DNA of 64,000 nt from a virus (taxonomy: Duplodnaviria; Caudoviricetes), in IMG/VR virus record IMGVR_UViG_3300024219_000003, positions 1,300-65,299 of that record; one strand, 5' to 3'. The notes beneath the pieces were generated by a model, which worked only from the letters and a program-made list of their open reading frames with translations, had not been told where the DNA came from and did no database searches. Shown one piece after another: positions 1 to 8,984 of this stretch (its first letter is position 1; each line of letters begins with the position of its first letter). The translations under genes were made by a program, and so were the position numbers.

Positions 1-100
1 GTCGCGGTGACGCTAGAGACGTTGCGATGGATCTCTATGAGCCATTGCGCGTGCGGGGCTCTGCTGGTTGCGGGCAAGTGCATCAGATGCGAGGAAGATC

Positions 101-433
101 GTGATTGAACCGATGCGGGTGGTCTACCTCGTGGCGGCAAGTCTGGATCAGGGGGTGAAGGACTGCCGGGAACGGGGGTGGCAGCAGATTGCCTATACGC
201 GGTTTGTGACGCCGGAGCGGAACGATGTGCGAGTGGTCTGCCGGGGGTCGGACGTGACGCCGTTCGCGGGCCGGACGCCGCTGGTGAAGGGGTCGGACTA
301 CGATGAGGGGCCAGGGGAGAAGGCGCCGCAGCACATGCAGGATTCGTGGCTGAAGATGCGGATCGACGTGGATCGGTTCGTCGAAGAGGGGAACGGGGAG
401 TGGGTGGAGTTGGCGTCGGGCTCGCCAAGGTGA
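101..433 (+). CDS. hypothetical protein
   Basis: GTG start after GAGGAAG; stop overlaps next GTG start (GTGA coupling). Confidence 0.6.
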   Translation: MIEPMRVVYLVAASLDQGVKDCRERGWQQIAYTRFVTPERNDVRVVCRGSDVTPFAGRTPLVKGSDYDEGPGEKAPQHMQDSWLKMRIDVDRFVEEGNGEWVELASGSPR

Positions 434-1524
434 AGACCGATGAGGTTCTGTTTACCTGGCCGATCGCGTCTTCGCACGGTTGGGGCGTGCGCGGGCTCGG
501 ATACGCGCTGAACTGGCCGGGCACGGCGGTATCGACGGCACGGGAGTTGGGGGCGGAGTTGCCGCCGGACGATCCGAGGCAGGAGTTGTTGCGGCAGCGG
601 ATCAGCCAGTCATGGGATGTGCAGAAGCATATCCTGATGCCGGTGAGGGGCAATACACGGGTCGAGGCCCCGCTGCTGGTGGCGCTGGGGAACGATCTGA
701 CGGCGCCGGAGGTCTATGGCGGGCATCCGAAGGGGACGCCGACGATCGCGTGCCCGGTGTTTGAGGATGTTGCAGAGGTTGAGAGAAATGTCGAACGGCT
801 CAAGGAGTACGATCTCGTCTGTGTTGCTTCCCGATGGAACCAGGATGCCCTTGCCTCGCTTGGAGTGGAATCGACTTTATGCCACGAGGGCATCGATCCG
901 ACGATCTTCAACCCGAGCGTACGCCGAAAGCGGGACGACGGGCGGTTCCGGGTCTTCTCGGGCGGTAAGGTCGAGTACCGGAAAGGACAAGACCTCGTAA
1001 TCGAGGCGTTCAAGCTGTTCGCCGAGAAGCACGACGACGCGGTTTTGGTCGCGGCTTGGGGTTCGCCGTTCGGGGCGAGCGGCGATTTGGAGGGCAAGTG
1101 GGAGCACGGCAGTCCGCCCGGGTGGCACGTCGGGATGGCGAACTATCATGCGTGGACTCAGCGCGCCGGCATCAAGCAGCACCAGTTCGAGTTCGTCGAT
1201 CCGCGTCCAAACTGGCGGATGGCCGAGGTCTACGGCGGGGTGGACGTGGCGGTGTTTCCGAACCGCTGCGAGGGTGGGACGAATTTCGTGGCGATGGAGG
1301 CGATGGCGTGCGGCGTTCCGACGATTACGCGCGCCGTCTTTGGGCAGGAAGATTTGTGGGGCGGCCACCGCATTGAATCGGGATATTCCGATGGAGAATG
1401 CGTGGAATGGTTAGTAGGCAAAATGGAGGGCGCACATAGCGGATTTTTCAATACAGAATTGTCAGACCATTGGACCTGGGAGCGGCACTGCAAGCAGATG
1501 GCGGAGATCATCGCCGGTGCCTGA
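430..1524 (+). CDS. glycosyltransferase, GT4 (GT-B) family
   Basis: GKVEYRKGQDLVIEAF and FPNRCEGGTNFVAMEAMACGVPTI match the GT4 C-terminal E-x7-E motif. Confidence 0.9.
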   Translation: MKTDEVLFTWPIASSHGWGVRGLGYALNWPGTAVSTARELGAELPPDDPRQELLRQRISQSWDVQKHILMPVRGNTRVEAPLLVALGNDLTAPEVYGGHPKGTPTIACPVFEDVAEVERNVERLKEYDLVCVASRWNQDALASLGVESTLCHEGIDPTIFNPSVRRKRDDGRFRVFSGGKVEYRKGQDLVIEAFKLFAEKHDDAVLVAAWGSPFGASGDLEGKWEHGSPPGWHVGMANYHAWTQRAGIKQHQFEFVDPRPNWRMAEVYGGVDVAVFPNRCEGGTNFVAMEAMACGVPTITRAVFGQEDLWGGHRIESGYSDGECVEWLVGKMEGAHSGFFNTELSDHWTWERHCKQMAEIIAGA

Positions 1525-2311
1525 GTTCCGTCGCACCCACGCGATCAGCCACATGCCGTTCAGCTACGAGCACGGGGCTGTCATCCAGCCGTTCATCATG
1601 GGGGTGGATGACCAGACCGGCGACAACATCAGCGAGCACAAGGCGTTTTCGGAAGCGCGCGGGCACTACTGGCTGTGGAAAAACGGCAAGTTCGACGCCG
1701 ACGAGTTTGTCGCGATCAACCAATATCGCCGCTGTTTTTGGTTCTCGCAGCTCGTGCCGCCGGATCATCGGCTGGCCGGGATCACGAAGCATCTGGGCCT
1801 CAACGTCAGCCAAGCGACGGTCGAAACGACGCGGGCCGATTATGTCGAGTACATCAAACTGATCAGCGAAGCCGACCTCGCTCCGCTTAATCATTGGCTC
1901 GAAGGTGTCGATCTCGTCGTCAACCGCAATGTCTGGACGACGCTGCCGGTCCACAAGCTCTACGGGCTGAACCATCGGGCGCAGGATTGGGAGATTTTCG
2001 CCAATGTCCTTCGGAAGAAGGGCTACAACGACGGGCGGTTCAACTGGCTGACGACGCACACGGTTTACATTTTCACGCCCGAGTTGTTCAACGACTACAT
2101 GACCGACTGGTGGGACGTGATGTCGGAGGTCTACCCGAAGCTGATCCAGGAGGAAGACCCATACCAGCACCGCAAGGGCGGGTTCCTCTCCGAATGGTTC
2201 ATGTCGCCGTGGCTGGTCAAGCAGCGGATCGAACGGCCGACGCTGCGGGTGCAGACGCTGCCGGTGATCGAGGGCCTGTTTCAGTATGACCGGCAGCCGG
2301 GGGTGATGTAA
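1517..2311 (+). CDS. DUF4422-like glycosyltransferase (galactofuranosyltransferase-like)
   Basis: GDNISEH...YWLWKN...FVAINQYRR...GFLSEWF pattern typical of DUF4422. Confidence 0.7.
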   Translation: MPEFRRTHAISHMPFSYEHGAVIQPFIMGVDDQTGDNISEHKAFSEARGHYWLWKNGKFDADEFVAINQYRRCFWFSQLVPPDHRLAGITKHLGLNVSQATVETTRADYVEYIKLISEADLAPLNHWLEGVDLVVNRNVWTTLPVHKLYGLNHRAQDWEIFANVLRKKGYNDGRFNWLTTHTVYIFTPELFNDYMTDWWDVMSEVYPKLIQEEDPYQHRKGGFLSEWFMSPWLVKQRIERPTLRVQTLPVIEGLFQYDRQPGVM

Positions 2312-2778
2312 TGGCTATACGCCCTATTGCAGAGCGATTTTGGACAAAAGTGCGCATGGCGGGGCCAACTCAATGTTGGGAATGGCAAGCGTCAACTAAT
2401 CGACGAGGGTATGGGCAATTGTATTCCGGTGGAGGGCATACAGCACCGCGACCAATCCTTGCGCACCGACTTTCATGGGTTATTAATGTAGGAGATATCG
2501 AGGGAGATTTGTGCGTTCTCCACAAGTGCGATAATCCCAGATGTTGTAATCCTTCACATCTTTACCTGGGGACGAGAGACGACAATCTGAAAGATATGGC
2601 TAGAAAGGGCAGGGCATGCAGGGGCGCAAAACACCCACATGCGCGTTTTACGGATAAGGATATTTTATGGATAAGAAATAGTTCTGAGACAAATACATCA
2701 GTGGCGCGCCAATACGGTGTGAGACAAAGCACAATATCACAGATCCGGTCGCGCCATAGATGGAAACACCTACCATGA
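2311..2778 (+). CDS. free-standing HNH homing endonuclease
   Basis: RFWTKV...CWEW...AHRLSW...VLHKCDNPRCCNPSHLYLGT..DN motif plus C-terminal HTH; lower GC than flanks. Confidence 0.9.
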   Translation: MAIRPIAERFWTKVRMAGPTQCWEWQASTNRRGYGQLYSGGGHTAPRPILAHRLSWVINVGDIEGDLCVLHKCDNPRCCNPSHLYLGTRDDNLKDMARKGRACRGAKHPHARFTDKDILWIRNSSETNTSVARQYGVRQSTISQIRSRHRWKHLP

Positions 2779-3770
2779 ATATTCGTATTCTTGGCGCAGG
2801 ATTATATGGATGTCATCTAGCGTCTTCGTTTATTAACGAAGGGCATAATTGTGTTATCCACGAAATTGCGGATCGTATTTTTGCGGGGGCGACAGGTAAT
2901 ATTCCGGCTAGATTACATTGTGGACAACATTACGTGCGATCAAAATTAACGCGCGATGCCTGCCAAGAACATTATCGTGAATTTATGGGGAAGTACGGTG
3001 ATTTTACACATGGGGTGGCCTGTAATATTTACGCCGTGGCCGAACACGATAGCCTCGTGGATTTCGGGACATATCGGCAGATCCTGCGCGACGAGATCGA
3101 GTTCATTACGGTCGAACGCCCGGCGGAATTGGGGCTGCGGAACGTCGAGGGCGCGATCCTGACCGGCGAGCGGCATGTGCTGGCGGACAAGCTGGCGGCG
3201 CACTTCGCCGAGGTTCTGAAGGATCACATCGAGTTCGGTCGGGCGCCTGGCGTGGTTGATGATCCGACGTGGGATCTGACGATCGACTGCACGAGTTGCG
3301 CAAACGACGGGCTGAACGTGGACCGTTACGAGGCGTGCCTGACGCTGTTGCTGGAGGGGCCGGTTGATCGGGCTGTTACGATTATGGATGGCGCTCTGCC
3401 ATCGCTTTATGTGTGGGATGAGGAAAGGGGTCTGTCGTCATTGACCTCGGCGAAGTGGACGCCGATGGGGAGGTATTCAACTTGGGCGGAGGCTCGCGCG
3501 TTGTTTGATTCCGTTGGAGCGAAGGTTTTGATAGGCAACCAAACAAGCGGCATGTTGGACCAAATGGCCTCGTTCTACCCCCGCATCCGCGACGAATACC
3601 GCGTCGTCGATCACCGCCTCGCGATCCGCGCAATGCCGCGGTCGGCAGCGGACGCGCGGCTCGTCGATGTGGTGCCGGTCGGCGAACGGGCGATCCGCAT
3701 TCGGGCGGGGAAGCTCGATGCTATTTTCCATGCCGAGCGTGTGATTAGGGGAATGATACGGGATAGATGA
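2775..3770 (+). CDS. FAD-dependent oxidoreductase (polysaccharide-locus type)
   Basis: N-terminal ILGAGLYG dinucleotide-binding motif; ARLHCGQHY. Confidence 0.8.
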   Translation: MNIRILGAGLYGCHLASSFINEGHNCVIHEIADRIFAGATGNIPARLHCGQHYVRSKLTRDACQEHYREFMGKYGDFTHGVACNIYAVAEHDSLVDFGTYRQILRDEIEFITVERPAELGLRNVEGAILTGERHVLADKLAAHFAEVLKDHIEFGRAPGVVDDPTWDLTIDCTSCANDGLNVDRYEACLTLLLEGPVDRAVTIMDGALPSLYVWDEERGLSSLTSAKWTPMGRYSTWAEARALFDSVGAKVLIGNQTSGMLDQMASFYPRIRDEYRVVDHRLAIRAMPRSAADARLVDVVPVGERAIRIRAGKLDAIFHAERVIRGMIRDR

Positions 3771-3849
3771 AATGGTATAGAGTTCTACTCTAGGTAGGAC
3801 GGGGAGGAGAAGGACATTGGAAGCCTCTGACGAGGAGGGGCACGAAGGC

Positions 3850-4335
3850 ATGGCCGATAATGGTAGCGGCGAGCGGCGCAGTGGAGGTGACGGCCGGACG
3901 TTGACGGCGGTAGCGGAGCGGGTCGCGATCGTCGAGACGCGGCTGGACGGGTTGAAAGAAGATACGGTCACTATCCGGCGCAGCATGCACGAGATGGCGA
4001 GCCAAGCGCAGCATGTGATTGCGGGGCTTCATGCGCTTCAGCAAGCGGATGCGGCGGCAGCGGCGCGGCATGAGGCTGCTCAGGCAGACCGGCGCAGGCT
4101 AGAAGAGGCGATGGAGGCGCACCGACGCGATGCCTTGGCAATCCAGGCAGAGAACGTGGCAGCGGCAGCGGCAATCCGGGTCGAGTTCGTGGCGATCCAC
4201 GATAAGTTTCAGGGGCGCATCAACGATATTGTCTGGTGGCTGATCCGGGGGCTGGTGGCGATTATGATCGGGTTGTTCGCGATCATGGGCTATCTGCTAA
4301 CGAAGGGGCTACCGTGGGAGCATCTGGCGAAATGA
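3850..4335 (+). CDS. coiled-coil protein with C-terminal transmembrane helix
   Basis: Ala/Glu-rich helix then WWLIRGLVAIMIGLFAIMGYLL. Confidence 0.6.
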   Translation: MADNGSGERRSGGDGRTLTAVAERVAIVETRLDGLKEDTVTIRRSMHEMASQAQHVIAGLHALQQADAAAAARHEAAQADRRRLEEAMEAHRRDALAIQAENVAAAAAIRVEFVAIHDKFQGRINDIVWWLIRGLVAIMIGLFAIMGYLLTKGLPWEHLAK

Positions 4336-5024
4336 CGAGCGCCTTGATCGGCCACACCGGTTTCGTCGGCGGCAACCTCGCGCGCCAGATGCACTTCGAC
4401 GAGTTCTACAACTCGAAGAACATCGACGAGATCAGGGGGCGGGAGTTTGATCTTGTGGTGTGTGCGGGAGCGCCGGGGGCTAAGTGGTGGGCTAACGCAC
4501 ATCCTGACGAAGACTTAGTTTCAATCCGTCGTTTGCGGTCGGCGCTCTGTGCGGTCGAAGCGGAGTACATGGCCCTAATCTCGACCGTAGATACACTCTT
4601 TCTTAGGGATGCGTATGGGGTGCATCGGCAGTCTGTGGAGGGATTAGTAAGTGGGGGATGGGACAATCCCGCCGTGATCCGCCTCCCCGCCCTGTTCGGC
4701 CCCGGCATGAAGAAGAACGCGCTCTACGACCTGATGACGAAGCAGCGGCTTGAGGAGATCGCCCCGAACGCGACCTATCAGTGGTATCCTCTGCGCCGAC
4801 TAGGTAGGGATATCGGGCGCATCCGGGAGAGCAGTAAGCGGGTGGTTAATATCGTCTCGGAGCCGGTTACGATGGAGGCAATCCGGGCGCGGTTCTTCCC
4901 TGACTTGGCAATCGGGCCTTGGCGTGACCATGCCCCAGCGTACCATGTCAACGGCGACCCGGACTATTCGCTGACGCGCGCCGAGGTTTTCGAGGAAATG
5001 GAGGCGTTTCTTGCAAATGCGTGA
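4332..5024 (+). CDS. NAD-dependent epimerase/dehydratase-like protein
   Basis: ALIGHTGFVGGNL Rossmann motif, YGVHR, IRLPALFGPG. Confidence 0.85.
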   Translation: MTSALIGHTGFVGGNLARQMHFDEFYNSKNIDEIRGREFDLVVCAGAPGAKWWANAHPDEDLVSIRRLRSALCAVEAEYMALISTVDTLFLRDAYGVHRQSVEGLVSGGWDNPAVIRLPALFGPGMKKNALYDLMTKQRLEEIAPNATYQWYPLRRLGRDIGRIRESSKRVVNIVSEPVTMEAIRARFFPDLAIGPWRDHAPAYHVNGDPDYSLTRAEVFEEMEAFLANA

Positions 5025-5247
5025 GGTCTATAGCTCCGTCGTCCAGGAGATCGGTTACGAGGACGGCAAACTCGCCGTCGTCTGGAAGCGGACGGGGAAG
5101 ACCAGCACGTACACCGGTGTCCCGCCCGAACTCGCTCAACGGGTGATGAACGCCCCCTCGATCGGCCAGGCGTTGCGCGAAAGCGTGCGGGGCGTGTATA
5201 CACATGAGTATGCCGATGTGGATGGTGTGCCGACAGAGACACAATAA
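5017..5247 (+). CDS. KTSC domain protein
   Basis: SSVVQEIGY...L.V.W...Y.Y.GVP......MNAPSIG pattern. Confidence 0.85.
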   Translation: MREVYSSVVQEIGYEDGKLAVVWKRTGKTSTYTGVPPELAQRVMNAPSIGQALRESVRGVYTHEYADVDGVPTETQ

Positions 5248-5250
5248 TTT

Positions 5251-5350
5251 GTGGGGAGCGTCCGTGATGCCCGGACATAAAACCCGATCTTGCGCAGGGC
5301 TAACCCTGGTCAGGGAGTTTTCGGGGAACGCTGACGGCAACAGCACTCCC
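5251..5350 (+). ncRNA. candidate multibranch structured RNA
   Basis: Closing stem GGGAG/CTCCC; hairpins GTCCG/CGGAC, CCCGA/TCGGG enclosing CAGGG/CCCTG, GCTG/CAGC; folded by eye. Confidence 0.35.
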
Positions 5351-5371
5351 ATCCCTTAGAAGGAGGTTTTG

Positions 5372-5545
5372 ATGAGCGAGACGAACCATAAGCCAAATGC
5401 TGCGCCCGTAAGCGATACGGATCGCGAGCGCCAACTTCGACACAGCGCACTTAATGCAGCGATCCAGATTAACAGCGGGCGCGGTGATTATCAGGAGGTA
5501 ATTCGGGCGGCCCGAGATATTGCAGCATTCTTGAAGGACGGTTGA
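5372..5545 (+). CDS. small hypothetical protein (57 aa)
   Basis: Strong AAGGAGG RBS then ATG; MSETNHKP...FLKDG. Confidence 0.6.
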   Translation: MSETNHKPNAAPVSDTDRERQLRHSALNAAIQINSGRGDYQEVIRAARDIAAFLKDG

Positions 5546-5640
5546 TGCCCGTCACGGGGCCGCATTATGTTAACCCGAGTGATCCGCTCGATAATCGGAC
5601 GTATGGGGCACACAACCTTGTTCGACCGTGGAGGCAAGGC

Positions 5641-5886
5641 ATGACCGAGCAATCGCAACCCTTCCTCGACATGGCGGCGAGGATCGAGAAGATCGACCCG
5701 GAGGAGTTTGCCGGGGCGGTGGTCATCGTGCCGCCGGGTGGGGGGGAGCCGATTACGTTTCTGCATACCGATCCCGCTCCGGTGCTCGCGGCGTTCTGGG
5801 CGACACTGACGGGGCGTGTCGAGGTCGGGACGGCGAATGCACAGGATGCAGAGAAGTCCGGGATGCCTTGGGCGGGGCGCCGATGA
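5641..5886 (+). CDS. hypothetical protein
   Basis: GGAGG RBS; stop overlaps terminase ATG. Confidence 0.6.
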   Translation: MTEQSQPFLDMAARIEKIDPEEFAGAVVIVPPGGGEPITFLHTDPAPVLAAFWATLTGRVEVGTANAQDAEKSGMPWAGRR

Positions 5887-8825
5887 CGGCATGGTCGCCA
5901 GCCAAAGTCAGTGCGTTTCGGGATGGGTTCTACGACTTCCTCGATCATGTGATTATCTCGTCGAAGGACGGACGGGTCCGCCTTGGGCAGAGTCTCTATC
6001 GCGCCCAAACCATGTTCTACGACACGGTGTTCGATGGACTGGCCGAGGACGTTCACGAGTTCCTGATCCTCAAATCCCGGCAGCTTGGGATCTCAACTGG
6101 CACTCGTGCCCTCGACCTGTTCTGGCTCGGGATGCACGAAGGGATACGCGGATCGCTGGTGTTCGACAGCGCGTTCAACACGGCTGCGGCGCGGCGTGAG
6201 ATCGTCGAGACCCTGAAAAATCTGCCGAAGCGCCTGCACTTTCCGGGCATCAAGTCGGATAGCCGGGATGCGCTGGTGCTCGAAAACGATTCCCATTTGA
6301 TGTTCCGCCAAGCCGGCACGAAGAACAGCCGCACCGGCGGCGGGCTCGGGCGCTCGCTCGGCCTCAACCTTTCGCACGGATCGGAAATCTCCTCGTGGGC
6401 GAGTGAGGAGGGTGTCAAGTCGTATACGCAATCTCTGTCGGAAACGTATGAGAACCGGCTTTATATCTGGGAATCAACGGGGCGGGGGTACGAGTTGTGG
6501 TATCGCATGTGGTGCGATGCCAAGGACGATCCCTACACCAAGAAGACGCTGTTTCTCGGGTGGTGGTCGAAGGACAACCAGATCATTCCTCGTACCGATG
6601 CGCGGTTCAGCGTCTATGCCTCCGAACCGCCGAACAAGCGCGAGAATGAGCGCATGGATGTCGTCGAGGCATCCTACGGGTGGAAGATCACGCCCGAGCA
6701 ACTGGCGTGGATCAGGTGGAAGACCGACCCGGGGCGAGAACTGGACGAGGACGACCCCGAGGATGGGATCGCGATCCAGGAGCAGGCATGGGTCGAGGAA
6801 GACGCTTTCCAGCAGAGCGGGTCAGCGTTCTTCATGGCGGACAAGCTCACGGCGGCCTCGGCGCGGTTGATCGATGAGGTCAAGCCCCAGGTTTTCAAGT
6901 TCTGGCCAGGGCAGAACTTTGTCGAAAGTAATATGGAGATTGCGAAGACCCACCGCGAGATCGAGTTCAAGATGTGGGAGGAGCCGGTTTCGGATAGCGT
7001 CTACATCGTAGCGGCTGATCCGGCGTTCGGACACGACGAAAACAACGATCGGAGCGCGGTGCAAGTGCTTCGCTGTTATGCAGACGCGGTGGATCAGGTG
7101 GGGGAGTACGCTTCGGCGACAATCCACCCGCATCATTTTGCGTGGCTACTGTGGACGCTGATCGGGTACTACGGCTCGACGAAGACCGGATGCCAGGTCT
7201 ATTTCATTTGCGAGATCAACGGGCCTGGCGAGGAGGTCTGGCGGCAGTTTCAATCGACCGAGCAGATCGTTCGTAACGGCTATCTCCGCACGGCTGCGCG
7301 CGAGAAGGGCATCGCCGATATATTTCAGAATGCACGGAAGTATATCTACACGCGGTCGGATGCGATGTCGGCTGGACAAAGTTGGCAATGGAAGTGCCTA
7401 TCGCTGGATACACTATTGCCGACGCCGACTGGTTGGGAAGCGATCGCCAACATCAAGCCCGGCGATGAGGTGTTCGATGAGCGCGGCCGGATTTGCATTG
7501 TTCAGGGGACTTCCGGGATTGAGCACGATCACGAGTGCTACAGGATAACCTTTGACGACCGCACCTCGATTGTGTGCGACAAACAGCACCGCTGGAAAAC
7601 GTCGGACGGCTTCGTTAGGACGACAGACGAGTTGCGAGCAGGGAGTCATAAAATATGGGTAACGGAGCCTCTGGAATTACCGGAAGCCGACCTCCCAATC
7701 GACCCTTATGTGCTGGGCCTGTGGCTGGGGGACGGTTCATCCAGCAATTCGATTATCTACGGGCACAGGGACGACATGGAGGAGGTGGCCCGGTATATTC
7801 AGGCGGCGGGCTATGAAATCAGTCCGCTAGTTTCGGATGGGCATGAGGATGGCAACGTCCTGCGGGTTGGCATCATTACGATGTACACGCAGTTGCGCGT
7901 TGCGGAGTTGCTGGGGAATAAACATATTCCCCGAAGTTATCTAAGAGCGTCAAAAGAACAGCGGTTGGAACTGCTGCGTGGCCTTATGGATACGGATGGC
8001 AGCATTACTCCCGCAAGCCGCGGGCAGTGTACTTTTTACACGTCGTCTCCTGAGATTGCTTCGGGGTTTTCTGAGTTGCTGCGTTCGCTAGGGATCAAGG
8101 CAAAGTACCTTACCAAAATCCCGCAGTACGAGCACAATGGAGAAAAGCGCACGGGAAAATTGGCTTATCAATTTGCATTCACCGGCTATGATGATATGCC
8201 TGTGTTTCGGCTAAGAAGAAAGCTGGATATTCTGATGGCTCGCTTTGGGAGAAGCGGCAAGGCCAAAGAGCGCCGGCATGTGGGCAGAACCCATAAGATC
8301 GTTTCCGTTGAGCCTATGCCGTCTGTGCCGGTGAAGTGCATTGCGGTAGACTCGCCGTCGCACCTGTTCCTTGCTGGCGAGGCAATGATCCCGACGCACA
8401 ACACTCACGAACAAAACAAAGTTCAGATCATGGAGGCGTGCCGTAATTACTTCCATAACGGCGCTTTCTATGTGCGCTCGATGGATCTGCTGGAGGAGAT
8501 GCGGACGATCACGCGCGACGGCGATTCGATCGGCGCCGAGGATCGCAACAAGGACGATAGGGTATTCTCGGCGGCGTTGGGGATCAGGGCGTGGGACGAG
8601 CGAGCGCGGCGTCCACTGATCGCAGGGAATCGGACGAAGGAAGCGGAACGCGCCAAGCGGAGTTTGACCATCGACGATCAATGGACGATCTTTCAGCGCA
8701 ACAAACTGACGGATTTCTTCGCGGTCAAGGAGCGTGCGAGGCGGCAGCAGCAAATGGCGGCGCTGCGGGAAGGGTGGCGAACCGGAACCGGCGCGCGGCG
8801 CCCGCAGGCGGGGAGACGGTGGTAG
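5883..8825 (+). CDS. terL: terminase large subunit (contains intein)
   Basis: ILKSRQLGIST Walker A, HGSEISSW Walker B region, ESTGRG motif III, AADPAFG nuclease Asp, KDDRVFS. Confidence 0.92.
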   Translation: MTAWSPAKVSAFRDGFYDFLDHVIISSKDGRVRLGQSLYRAQTMFYDTVFDGLAEDVHEFLILKSRQLGISTGTRALDLFWLGMHEGIRGSLVFDSAFNTAAARREIVETLKNLPKRLHFPGIKSDSRDALVLENDSHLMFRQAGTKNSRTGGGLGRSLGLNLSHGSEISSWASEEGVKSYTQSLSETYENRLYIWESTGRGYELWYRMWCDAKDDPYTKKTLFLGWWSKDNQIIPRTDARFSVYASEPPNKRENERMDVVEASYGWKITPEQLAWIRWKTDPGRELDEDDPEDGIAIQEQAWVEEDAFQQSGSAFFMADKLTAASARLIDEVKPQVFKFWPGQNFVESNMEIAKTHREIEFKMWEEPVSDSVYIVAADPAFGHDENNDRSAVQVLRCYADAVDQVGEYASATIHPHHFAWLLWTLIGYYGSTKTGCQVYFICEINGPGEEVWRQFQSTEQIVRNGYLRTAAREKGIADIFQNARKYIYTRSDAMSAGQSWQWKCLSLDTLLPTPTGWEAIANIKPGDEVFDERGRICIVQGTSGIEHDHECYRITFDDRTSIVCDKQHRWKTSDGFVRTTDELRAGSHKIWVTEPLELPEADLPIDPYVLGLWLGDGSSSNSIIYGHRDDMEEVARYIQAAGYEISPLVSDGHEDGNVLRVGIITMYTQLRVAELLGNKHIPRSYLRASKEQRLELLRGLMDTDGSITPASRGQCTFYTSSPEIASGFSELLRSLGIKAKYLTKIPQYEHNGEKRTGKLAYQFAFTGYDDMPVFRLRRKLDILMARFGRSGKAKERRHVGRTHKIVSVEPMPSVPVKCIAVDSPSHLFLAGEAMIPTHNTHEQNKVQIMEACRNYFHNGAFYVRSMDLLEEMRTITRDGDSIGAEDRNKDDRVFSAALGIRAWDERARRPLIAGNRTKEAERAKRSLTIDDQWTIFQRNKLTDFFAVKERARRQQQMAALREGWRTGTGARRPQAGRRW
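7395..8402 (+). mobile_element. intein with LAGLIDADG homing endonuclease (336 aa)
   Basis: Starts CLSLDTLLPTPTGW, ends IPTHN followed by Thr; LGLWLGDG and LRGLMDTDG motifs. Confidence 0.95.
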
Positions 8826-8984
8826 ATGCAAGGGTGCGGCTGTTTGGCGTGTACGCGGGAGCGTGCCCGGGAGGAACGCTGGCCTCGGTTGCCCGATTTG
8901 GTGACGTGCCCTATATGCAGCCAGCAGAATTGCCCGCGCGCTCAGGATCATCGGAATGAATGCAGCGGCGAGGTGAGGGGGTAA
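8826..8984 (+). CDS. small Cys-rich protein
   Basis: MQGCGCLAC...CPICSQQNCPRAQDHRNEC; TAATG-coupled to next gene. Confidence 0.6.
   Translation: MQGCGCLACTRERAREERWPRLPDLVTCPICSQQNCPRAQDHRNECSGEVRG

Noticed and set aside
3826-3850. Hammerhead-like CTGACGA core
   Set aside because: No proper stem II, and GAAG instead of GAAA
430-5024. DNA hypermodification pathway
   Set aside because: No thymidylate-synthase-like, hydroxymethylase or DNA polymerase gene seen in the window; not excluded outside it
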